Source: Methylophilaceae bacterium
Lineage (GTDB): Bacteria; Pseudomonadota; Gammaproteobacteria; Burkholderiales; Methylophilaceae
DNA length: 33,189 nt
NCBI GenBank assembly: GCA_031385945.1
Contig: JANNBX010000006.1
Span: 1-33,189, forward strand
Direction: 5' to 3'
This document shows positions 12,110-19,677 of this stretch, piece after piece. Made by a program: the position numbers and the translations under genes. The notes beneath the pieces were generated by a model. That model was not told where the DNA came from. It did no database searches and saw nothing but the letters and a program-made list of their open reading frames with translations. How positions within the stretch are numbered: position 1 is the stretch's first letter; every line of letters begins with the position of its first letter.

Positions 12110-12901
12110 TTACGCGATTATTTCTTGCTCTTGTAGCTGTCGTAAAATACCTTCGCCAAAAGTGATTAAGGCTTGTGTATCTGCCTGACTTTCCATAACT
12201 GCTTGGCTAGCTGGGTCTTGTTTGTTGGCAGTTGTAGCTAAATTAACGCTGAGTTGTGTGAGCGCCTCAACACCTGTGTGTGGTTTATCTTTTAAAATAT
12301 GGAGTAGCTGAGCGGTGAGTTCATTTAGCTCAACAAATTGCACTTTAAATGCAGCGTTACGATATACCACCAAAAATATTGGCTGACTTAATGGTGCTGT
12401 GGGCTTATTTTTTGCAGATATTTGATGTACCGCAAAGTGGTATTTCACAAGCGCTATACTTGGGTTAACAACAATTTTTTGTGTCATTAAATCATGATTT
12501 TTAGGACTATTTTCACCACCAAAAGGAGCTGTTTGCATGCTGCTGACAGCCAGCTCTAGCCACTCGTAGTGCGCTAAACTGGTTAGGTAAACGGGTAAAT
12601 TTGGCTGTGTCGTTAAATAATTAAAAAAGGTTTTTGGAATATCTCTAAATAGTGGGCTTTGGCTAGGATAATGTGCAAAAAAATCGCGTACAAGCTTGCG
12701 CCAAGCGCGCTTGCCAAGTACCAATTGTAAAACTGGATAACAGGCTGAGACGCTAGAAAATATATTATTGAAAACAATTTCTGTATAAACCGCCATACGT
12801 TTTTTATCAACTTTAGCAGGTGCTTTATGATGTTTTGGATCACGTATATGCGCACAAAAAGCTTGTTGATATGCCTGAAAACTAGGGTGCTCTAATGCCA
12901 T
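12110..12901 (-). CDS. DUF2063 family protein (HvfC/BufC-like MNIO partner, putative precursor-binding/DNA-binding domain).
   Basis: The N-terminal 'FQAYQQAFCAHIRDP...RMAVYTEIVFNNI...YPSQSPLFRD' matches the DUF2063 signature. The start ATG lies 2 nt after the DUF692 stop. Confidence 0.75.
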   Translation of the reverse strand: MALEHPSFQAYQQAFCAHIRDPKHHKAPAKVDKKRMAVYTEIVFNNIFSSVSACYPVLQLVLGKRAWRKLVRDFFAHYPSQSPLFRDIPKTFFNYLTTQPNLPVYLTSLAHYEWLELAVSSMQTAPFGGENSPKNHDLMTQKIVVNPSIALVKYHFAVHQISAKNKPTAPLSQPIFLVVYRNAAFKVQFVELNELTAQLLHILKDKPHTGVEALTQLSVNLATTANKQDPASQAVMESQADTQALITFGEGILRQLQEQEIIA

Positions 12902-12903
12902 GA

Positions 12904-13815
12904 TTAAGCGCTTGCGAGTAATGGTTGAATGGCTTGATATTGACGTTGTAACACTGCTATTTGATTGATTTCATGCATTAAAATTGGTAAAGCAGGAATA
13001 TTAGTATCACGCTCTAATAAAGTAGGGAAAACACCATAAAGTTGATAGGCTTCTTCTAGCAATGCCCAAACCTCGGGCACAACATCCTGTGCGTGCGTAT
13101 CAATAATTAAGTTATCTGCCTCACGATCATGCCCAGCAATATGTGCATAAACAATACGCTCACCAGGAACACCGCGCAAAAATACGTGTGGGTCAAAACC
13201 AAAATTCACACTATTCACATAAATATTATTGATATCTAAATGCAAGTCACAATCTGCCTCACTCAATACCGCATTTAAAAAAGTTAGCTCATCCATGCTA
13301 GAAATAGGCGCTTCCGCATAGTAAGAAGTATTTTCAATAGCAATTCGTCGCTCTAGCGTGTCTTGTACTTGCTTAATGCGGTTAGCCACATAAAACACGG
13401 CTTCTTCTGTAAACGGTATGGGCAGTAAATCATGCATATAGCTCGGTTTACCTAAGTTTAAGTCACTGCAGTAACTCAGATGCTCAGTGTAGAGCACGAT
13501 TTTATGCTGGTTTAAAAAGCTTTTTACTTGCTGTAAAAAAAACGTATTCAGTGGGTCTGGCCCACCGAGAGATAATGATAAGCCGTGACAGGTAAGTGGG
13601 AAGCGTTCGGCAAGCCAAGCAATTTGAACTGCTTGTTTACCGCCCGCTTCTATCCAGTTTTCTGGTGCAATTTCTAAAAAACTAACATGCTCAATTAAAT
13701 CACTTTCAAATGCAGCTTGCAGCGGAGCAATTAACTCGCGCTTTAAGCCAAAGCCTGCACCTTTTAGCAGAGCCACATTTTTTGAGGCCGAATGAGTTTG
13801 ATTAGTTAGCACCAT
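12904..13815 (-). CDS. DUF692 multinuclear non-heme iron oxidative enzyme (MNIO; MbnB/HvfB/BufB-like).
   Basis: The N-terminal 'GAGFGLKRELI' and a TIM-barrel xylose-isomerase-like 'HLDINNIYVNSVNFGFDP' region are typical of DUF692. It sits between a Cys-motif precursor and DUF2063. Confidence 0.85.
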   Translation of the reverse strand: MVLTNQTHSASKNVALLKGAGFGLKRELIAPLQAAFESDLIEHVSFLEIAPENWIEAGGKQAVQIAWLAERFPLTCHGLSLSLGGPDPLNTFFLQQVKSFLNQHKIVLYTEHLSYCSDLNLGKPSYMHDLLPIPFTEEAVFYVANRIKQVQDTLERRIAIENTSYYAEAPISSMDELTFLNAVLSEADCDLHLDINNIYVNSVNFGFDPHVFLRGVPGERIVYAHIAGHDREADNLIIDTHAQDVVPEVWALLEEAYQLYGVFPTLLERDTNIPALPILMHEINQIAVLQRQYQAIQPLLASA

Positions 13816-13846
13816 TTATTGGCTATTCAATTATCTAGCAATTCAG

Positions 13847-14173
13847 TTATTTTTTGTCTGAATGGCAAGAGCCTTCTTTCATTTTGTCGGCTTTCATTTC
13901 ACCATGGCATGAGCCTTCTTTCATTTTGTCGCCCATTTTTTCACTTCCGCATGATGCTTCGGCGCCTTTTTCCATTTTTTCAGATTTAGCTGCGCCACAT
14001 TTACCAGTGCCACATTTGCCGTCTTTCATATCTTTGGCGTCTGCTACCATATAGCCTGATGTAAGTGCTTTTAATGCAAATGGATTAGTTGCTGCTGAAA
14101 CTTGCGTAGTGGCAATAGATGCAACAAAAGCGCCGCCAATAGCCAATGCAATAGCTGTTTTAGATGTGTTCAT
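13847..14173 (-). CDS. Exported Cys-motif precursor peptide (HvfA/bufferin-like MNIO substrate) with Met/Lys/His-rich tandem repeats.
   Basis: I refined the start to the ATG at 14173, with an AAGGAG RBS 7 nt upstream. The Sec signal peptide is 'MNTSKTAIALAIGGAFVASIATTQVSA'. The mature region 'DGKCGTGKCG...EASCGSEKMGDKMKEGSCHGEMKADKMKEGSCHSDKK' has 5 Cys in G/S-C-G/H motifs. It lies immediately upstream of DUF692. Confidence 0.7.
   Translation of the reverse strand: MNTSKTAIALAIGGAFVASIATTQVSAATNPFALKALTSGYMVADAKDMKDGKCGTGKCGAAKSEKMEKGAEASCGSEKMGDKMKEGSCHGEMKADKMKEGSCHSDKK
13865..13950. repeat. 42-nt tandem direct repeat inside the precursor gene, encoding 'KMKEGSCH' units.
   Basis: 'gagccttctttcattttgtcg' recurs at about 13870 and 13911. 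The protein shows KMKEGSCH-GEMKAD-KMKEGSCH. Confidence 0.75.
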
Positions 14174-14292
14174 GTGAAACTCCTTAAGATATATTAGATT
14201 TGATAACTCAAAAATCAGTTGCCTGTTAACGTCATTACTTGCAGTTATACGCATTCAATATTGAGTTAGATTCAACTAGCTTCGTTTTGAGA

Positions 14293-14547
14293 CTAAACCG
14301 TATTTGACTGATTGATTGCTTGAGTTACTTTATCGTGTACCGATTGCGGTAGGCGTATTTGATTATCTGATTCAATCGCTGTAGTCGTTTTACGTACACT
14401 TTTTTGTATCAACTTAAGTTGATTAGCAAAACGTGCACAAAATTTACAAATCATCAAATGTAGTTTAAGTGAGCATTTTTCACTAAACGTTAATCGACGA
14501 TCTAAATTGTGAGATAGCAACTGGCTGGCTTGTTTGCAACTTAACAT
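14293..14547 (-). CDS. Small soluble zf-HC2 (ChrR-like zinc-binding) anti-sigma factor.
   Basis: The 'H-LMI-C-KF-C' H-x3-C-x2-C motif plus further Cys residues, and no TM helix. The ATG at 14547 lies 1 nt after the sigma stop TAG. The tracked ORF begins at a TTG at 14559. Confidence 0.6.
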   Translation of the reverse strand: MLSCKQASQLLSHNLDRRLTFSEKCSLKLHLMICKFCARFANQLKLIQKSVRKTTTAIESDNQIRLPQSVHDKVTQAINQSNTV

Positions 14548-14548
14548 A

Positions 14549-15130
14549 CTATTTTTCAACCTCCAGCCAATGAATTTCTAAACATTTACGTAACCCCATT
14601 CGAGCGCGATATAGCATCACCCAAGCATTGGTCGTGGTGATGTCTAGTTCCTTACAAATAGTTTCGTTATCTTCTTCAATCACTTCACGCAGCATAAATA
14701 AAGCGGCTAATTTTTTAGGTAGTTTATCCATACAACTCTGTAATACACCTAAAAATTGCTTTTGTTCCAGCTCACCTTCTGGCGCATTCCAGCCCATCGG
14801 TGCGTCTATCCAATGGCCTTCATCATCAAAAAAGTCGTCTGCACCAGCTGTATCTGGAATATTTTCTTCATATACTAAAGCAGTGGTTTTCACTTGCACA
14901 CGCATCACATCAATAATTTTATGTTTCAAAATACCAGTCAGCCAGGTGCGTGGGCTAGACTGCTCAGCAAAGCTGGGACTTTTAATAGCGGCTAAGAACG
15001 TTTCTTGCACCACGTCTTCTGCTTGATGTGGGTCGCGTAAACGCGCTAGGGCAAAGCGATATAGATAGTCCCCGTGCTCGTTGAGCCAGTCATGGGCGCT
15101 AGCATTTGCAGCTTTATTAGTAGTGTTCAT
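14549..15130 (-). CDS. ECF-subfamily RNA polymerase sigma-70 factor.
   Basis: 193 aa. Region 2 'DVVQETFLAAIK' and the region 4 helix-turn-helix 'NAWVMLYRARMGLRKCL' are characteristic of ECF sigma factors. Confidence 0.8.
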   Translation of the reverse strand: MNTTNKAANASAHDWLNEHGDYLYRFALARLRDPHQAEDVVQETFLAAIKSPSFAEQSSPRTWLTGILKHKIIDVMRVQVKTTALVYEENIPDTAGADDFFDDEGHWIDAPMGWNAPEGELEQKQFLGVLQSCMDKLPKKLAALFMLREVIEEDNETICKELDITTTNAWVMLYRARMGLRKCLEIHWLEVEK

Positions 15131-15195
15131 AGGCGTATTGAAGCATAAAAATTAGGTTATTGCACCCCGCCTATTATATTGGCATGACAGTTCAC

Positions 15196-15630
15196 TCAGG
15201 TCGCTTTACTGTGCATACAAGCTAGGTAAGCGACTGCATCTGGTTGGTTATTTGTGCGCTGCGCTTGCCAAATAGTTTCTGCTAAACAATCCATTAAGTC
15301 ATGTTGCGCGAGCATGGCGTCTTGATGCTTAATTAACAGCGCTTGATAATGCCCTGCAATACCAATAGGCTGGTTAATTTGTACTTGCTCTAAAATAGAT
15401 AAATGTAGACTCATGTGCAAAAATGGATTGGTTTCACCCATCTCAGGGTAATAAGCTTGGCCGCGATATTTTTCAGGCTGGTTCAGTACTGTGTGATATT
15501 CCGCGTGCATGATCATCACTTCCACTGCAATTTTCTCAAGCGGCGTGAGGTCGGTTTGTGCGTTGAATTTAGCCCATGCGTCAAAGAAAAAGTCGCGTAC
15601 TTCGTCACGGCTAGGGTTAAATAATGCCAT
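15196..15630 (-). CDS. DUF1841-like hypothetical protein.
   Basis: The 'MALFNPSRDEVRDFFFDAWAKF' N-terminus recalls DUF1841. The start ATG lies 1 nt after the upstream gene's stop. Confidence 0.4.
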   Translation of the reverse strand: MALFNPSRDEVRDFFFDAWAKFNAQTDLTPLEKIAVEVMIMHAEYHTVLNQPEKYRGQAYYPEMGETNPFLHMSLHLSILEQVQINQPIGIAGHYQALLIKHQDAMLAQHDLMDCLAETIWQAQRTNNQPDAVAYLACMHSKAT

Positions 15631-15631
15631 A

Positions 15632-16510
15632 TCAATGCGCCTTAAAGAGTGCTAATACGCTAGTATTACTGCGTATAACGCAGGGTTTATTGCTGTCAAG
15701 CGATGGAACAATTTGGCCGTTACCTAAAAAACCTAACATTGGTAAATTACCGTAAATACTGTGAATCATCTTTAGTTTTTCATCCATTAAGGGTCTGGCT
15801 AACTTGGCAGATGTCTGCGTGCAAAAAGATAAGTCTGAAAGTGGTGAAAAGAGTAGTGCAAAGTCAGCTGATGCATGACTTGAATATTCTGCCGGGTGCG
15901 AGTCAAAAGCAAAGCTTGATTTTGAATCAGCACTAGAGTCAGTTGCAGAACTCAAATGAGATACAGGACTTAGATCAGTATTTGAGCTGGGTAATTGCAT
16001 GTTTTGCAAACTCACTTCAACACCAGTCATGGCTTTTTGTAAGTATGATTCTGGCGCACCTTTACCGTTTTTCCAAACGGTATAACTACCAAAACCAGTT
16101 GCATCGCCCGCCACCGCTCCAAAACGCATGCCTTGTTGCGTCATCCAAGAAGTATTAAGCGCGTGTGGCGCGGTAATGGTTAATATAGGTTGATTGGGCA
16201 GATTATCTGCAGGAATTGCCCACTGTAAGCTATCATCAATCACCAATACTGCAACGCCTGCGGCGTCAGTTACCCAATCTTCTTCAGTAAAAATACAAGG
16301 CGCCATACAACCAATAATTTGTGTAGTTTGTGCTGCAGCAGCAGCGGCTTGAATAGTGGCTGGTAGGTCTTTTGCAAAGTCAGGTGTTAACAATAAAATA
16401 ACACTGTTTGCACTGACTAAATTAGCGCGCGCTAATGCTGCTTGTATTGTTTTTTTAACCAAATCAGGTGTGGCAGTATGGCTAATACCGATGCTGCTAG
16501 CTACTTTCAT
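15632..16510 (-). CDS. Hypothetical protein (FIST-like?) with a Ser-rich linker, translationally coupled to nth.
   Basis: 292 aa. Its ATG overlaps the nth stop (ATGA). The N-terminal 'ASSIGISHTATPDLVKKTIQAAL' and C-terminal 'GFLGNGQI' weakly resemble FIST N/C domains. The central S/D/A-rich low-complexity segment is unusual. Confidence 0.35.
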   Translation of the reverse strand: MKVASSIGISHTATPDLVKKTIQAALARANLVSANSVILLLTPDFAKDLPATIQAAAAAAQTTQIIGCMAPCIFTEEDWVTDAAGVAVLVIDDSLQWAIPADNLPNQPILTITAPHALNTSWMTQQGMRFGAVAGDATGFGSYTVWKNGKGAPESYLQKAMTGVEVSLQNMQLPSSNTDLSPVSHLSSATDSSADSKSSFAFDSHPAEYSSHASADFALLFSPLSDLSFCTQTSAKLARPLMDEKLKMIHSIYGNLPMLGFLGNGQIVPSLDSNKPCVIRSNTSVLALFKAH

Positions 16511-17139
16511 ACAGTTTTTGCCTTATATTCACATAAGTCAGCAATCACGCATTCGCCACATTTAGGGCTACGCGCTGTGCACACGTAGCGACCATGCAAA
16601 ATTAGCAAATGATGCGCGTCTTTCATAAACTCAGTGGGTATGGTCTTCATGTATTTTTTTTCAACATCTACAACTGTTTTGCCAGTCGCTAGTTTTATAC
16701 GATTACCTAAGCGAAACAAGTGTGTATCTACCGCAATGACTGGCTGACCAAACGCTGTATTTAGAATAACATTCGCAGTTTTTCTACCTACTCCTGGCAG
16801 GGCTTCTAGTGCTTCACGCGTATTTGGAACGATAGATTGGTGTTGGTTAATCAGTATCTCGCATGTGGCTAATACGTTTTTAGCTTTGGCGTGATACAGC
16901 CCAATAGTTTTAATGTAACTTTCAAGCTGGCTTAAGCCAAGCGCAAATATCGCCTCTGGCGTGTTGGCCACGGGGAATAATCTCGCAGTAGCTTTATTTA
17001 CACCTACATCAGTTGATTGAGCCGATAACATCACAGCTATGAGCAGCTCAAAAACTGAGTCTGCACGTAATTCGGTTGTAGGATTTGGAATACTAAGGCT
17101 TAAACGCCGAAAAATTTCAAACCTTTTTTCAGCGTTCAT
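16507..17139 (-). CDS. nth: Endonuclease III (DNA-(apurinic/apyrimidinic site) lyase).
   Basis: HhH-GPD 'LPGVGRKTANVIL' and a C-terminal 4Fe-4S 'C-x6-C-x2-C-x5-C' motif. It follows rnfE as in E. coli. Confidence 0.9.
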   Translation of the reverse strand: MNAEKRFEIFRRLSLSIPNPTTELRADSVFELLIAVMLSAQSTDVGVNKATARLFPVANTPEAIFALGLSQLESYIKTIGLYHAKAKNVLATCEILINQHQSIVPNTREALEALPGVGRKTANVILNTAFGQPVIAVDTHLFRLGNRIKLATGKTVVDVEKKYMKTIPTEFMKDAHHLLILHGRYVCTARSPKCGECVIADLCEYKAKTV

Positions 17140-17145
17140 GTTGTG

Positions 17146-17817
17146 CTAAGCCACTTGTGGAGTTGGCAAACTTGCTAATTTTTCAGCTTTGCGTAGCTCA
17201 ATATAATTACGGCCTGCAATTAGCAATGCTAGGCCAATAAACGCGCCTGGCGGCAACACCGCGAGTAAAAAGCCATGATAATCAGGAATCACCGTTAGAA
17301 CAAACTGTTTAGCTGACTCACCAAGCGCTAAATCAACGCCTGAAAACAAAGTGCCTTTGCCAATAATTTCGCGCATGCCGCCTAATATTGATAACACAAA
17401 TGCTAAGCCTAAACCCATCATCAAACCATCAAGTGCTGATGCTGGTGTTGGGTTTTTAGCAGCAAACGCTTCAACACGGGCAAGCACTATACAATTAGTA
17501 ACTATTAACGGTATAAATATGCCGAGCACTTTGTGCAAATCGTGTGCGTATGCATTCATGCCTAAATCAATAAAGGTCACTAGTGCTGCAATAATTAAAA
17601 TAAACACTGGAATACGAATTTCGGCAGGCACGTAATTACGCACAGGTGAAACAGCTGCGTTACTCGCCATCATCACAAACGCTGTTAGTAAGCCTAAGCT
17701 AAAGCCGTTTACAAACGTGGTAGTCACCGCCAGTGTGGGGCACAAACCCAAAAACTGGACCACGCCCGGGTTTTGCTTCCATAGTCCGTTATTGATAATT
17801 TCTTGATACTTATTCAT
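17146..17817 (-). CDS. rnfE: Rnf electron transport complex subunit E.
   Basis: 'VVQFLGLCPTLAVTTT' and polytopic membrane topology. Last gene of the rnfABCDGE order. Confidence 0.9.
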   Translation of the reverse strand: MNKYQEIINNGLWKQNPGVVQFLGLCPTLAVTTTFVNGFSLGLLTAFVMMASNAAVSPVRNYVPAEIRIPVFILIIAALVTFIDLGMNAYAHDLHKVLGIFIPLIVTNCIVLARVEAFAAKNPTPASALDGLMMGLGLAFVLSILGGMREIIGKGTLFSGVDLALGESAKQFVLTVIPDYHGFLLAVLPPGAFIGLALLIAGRNYIELRKAEKLASLPTPQVA

Positions 17818-18466
17818 GGCTCACTCCACCTTTTCCTACCTTTAAGTGTTCACTAAAGAGCTCGTCTTTATTTTCGGCATAATATTGCAGCGCTTTATGC
17901 ACCGCTTTGACCACCGCTCTAGGCGTTATAGTTGCGCCCGCCATGTAGTCAAATGTGCCGCCATCTTTTTTAACTTGCCATTCTTTTTCGTTTTTGGTTT
18001 GGAGTGACTGTTGATCAAATTGCTTAATCCAAGTGTCTCGCGCTATCTCAATATAGTCGCCCAAACCAGGGGTTTCTTTGTGCGCTAATACCCGCACGCC
18101 ACTTAAGCTACCGTCATATTTCACTGCAATTAACAGCTTTATATTACCGCTGTACCCGTCAGGCGCAACTGACTCTAAAATGACAGCAGCGGGCTGGTTA
18201 TTGATACGTGCACGGTGCACGGTTAAGTCAATGTCGCCTAATAAATCTGTAGGCGCTATTTGAATCGTGTCTTTCAATAAGTCGTTATCGTGTAAGTTTT
18301 CAGGCAAAATTTGGCGAAAAAGATCCATGCGTGCTAATGCTTCACTTTGCGCAATCGGCGCTTTGGTGTTTTCGTTAGTAATAGCCAAAATAAACGTGCC
18401 CGCTACGCCAAACACAATCATCACTAGCGCGGTTTTTAATGCGTGTTTAACCATATTATTTTGCAT
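17810..18466 (-). CDS. rnfG: Rnf electron transport complex subunit G (FMN-binding).
   Basis: N-terminal TM helix and an FMN-attachment 'ETPGLGD' motif. Confidence 0.85.
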   Translation of the reverse strand: MQNNMVKHALKTALVMIVFGVAGTFILAITNENTKAPIAQSEALARMDLFRQILPENLHDNDLLKDTIQIAPTDLLGDIDLTVHRARINNQPAAVILESVAPDGYSGNIKLLIAVKYDGSLSGVRVLAHKETPGLGDYIEIARDTWIKQFDQQSLQTKNEKEWQVKKDGGTFDYMAGATITPRAVVKAVHKALQYYAENKDELFSEHLKVGKGGVSHE

Positions 18467-19475
18467 GGCCGAATACTCGCGGTTGTGTGTAGGTGTCTAT
18501 CAACGGTACACAAATATTAAAAATAATTACAGCAAAAGCTACGCCATCTGGGTAGCCACCTAGCACGCGAATCAAATAAGTGAGCACACCAACGCCTGCT
18601 GCAAAAAATAATTTACCGTTAGGTGTAGTTGGCCCAGAAACAGGGTCGGTAATAATAAAAAACGCTGCAAACATGGTTGCACCACTAAATAAATGGAACA
18701 GCGGGTTTACATAATGATTAGCATCCGCCAAGTAAAACGCGCCAGATACTAGCGTGATTGCTGCTAAAAATGCCACAGGTAAATGCCAACTGATAATTTT
18801 TTGTTGCAATAAATATATGCCACCTAGCAAATATGCAAAGGTGACAAACTCATTGCCTTTGCCGCCAATTGCGCCAAAAATCGGTGCGTTCATCACATCT
18901 TGTGCAGTGTGATTCAGCGTTAATTGTGTTTTTAAGTAATCCAATGGCGTGGCTGATGTCAGTGCATCAATGGCTACACCCATAGGCAAATGCCCTGCAA
19001 ACATATAATTGAGCTGCTCTGCAAAACTCAATTGTGTTTTGATTAAAGCCAGCGGTGCCGCCCAGCCACTCATCAGTAGTGGAAACGAAATCAACAAAAC
19101 CGCATAGCCAACCATAGCAGGGTTAAATGGGTTATAGCCCAAGCCGCCATATAGTTGCTTAGCGATCACAATCGAAAAACTCACACCCACTACAATTAAC
19201 CACCAAGGTGCTAGCGGCGGAATAGCCAACGCCAATAACCAGCCTGTTACCAGCGCACTACCGTCCATTAAAAATGGCTTTATTGGACGATTACGCAACT
19301 TCAACATCAGCGCCTCAGAGCCAAGTGCGGTAATGGTTGCCAGCAAAATAGTCACCAATATAGCCGGGCCATACACATAAACGTAAGCAATAATGCCTGG
19401 AATCAAGGCCAGTGCTACTTTAAGCATGATGACGCTAACTGAGGGTGCAGCTGATAAATAAGGTGAGCGTGACAT
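18456..19475 (-). CDS. rnfD: Rnf electron transport complex subunit D.
   Basis: 339-aa polytopic protein of the NqrB/RnfD family. Confidence 0.9.
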   Translation of the reverse strand: MSRSPYLSAAPSVSVIMLKVALALIPGIIAYVYVYGPAILVTILLATITALGSEALMLKLRNRPIKPFLMDGSALVTGWLLALAIPPLAPWWLIVVGVSFSIVIAKQLYGGLGYNPFNPAMVGYAVLLISFPLLMSGWAAPLALIKTQLSFAEQLNYMFAGHLPMGVAIDALTSATPLDYLKTQLTLNHTAQDVMNAPIFGAIGGKGNEFVTFAYLLGGIYLLQQKIISWHLPVAFLAAITLVSGAFYLADANHYVNPLFHLFSGATMFAAFFIITDPVSGPTTPNGKLFFAAGVGVLTYLIRVLGGYPDGVAFAVIIFNICVPLIDTYTQPRVFGHAK

Positions 19476-19677
19476 TATGTTATTTGGTTTCTTTTTAAAA
19501 TCATGGTTGTTACCTCTTTGAACGACTAATAAATTCGTTTTAAGTCATTTCAAACTGTTTGATTCTGACAATAAGTTAGCATTCCAAAATTGCTAAAGCT
19601 ACTCAATGTTGCCATCTCGAAATACCGTAAGGCGTCAATCTAGCCAGCATACAAGCAAATAGTGATGAGCGATATTA

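Noticed and set aside
14628-15026. Plus-strand 132-aa ORF.
   Set aside because: Antisense to the ECF sigma factor gene, which has clear region 2/4 motifs.
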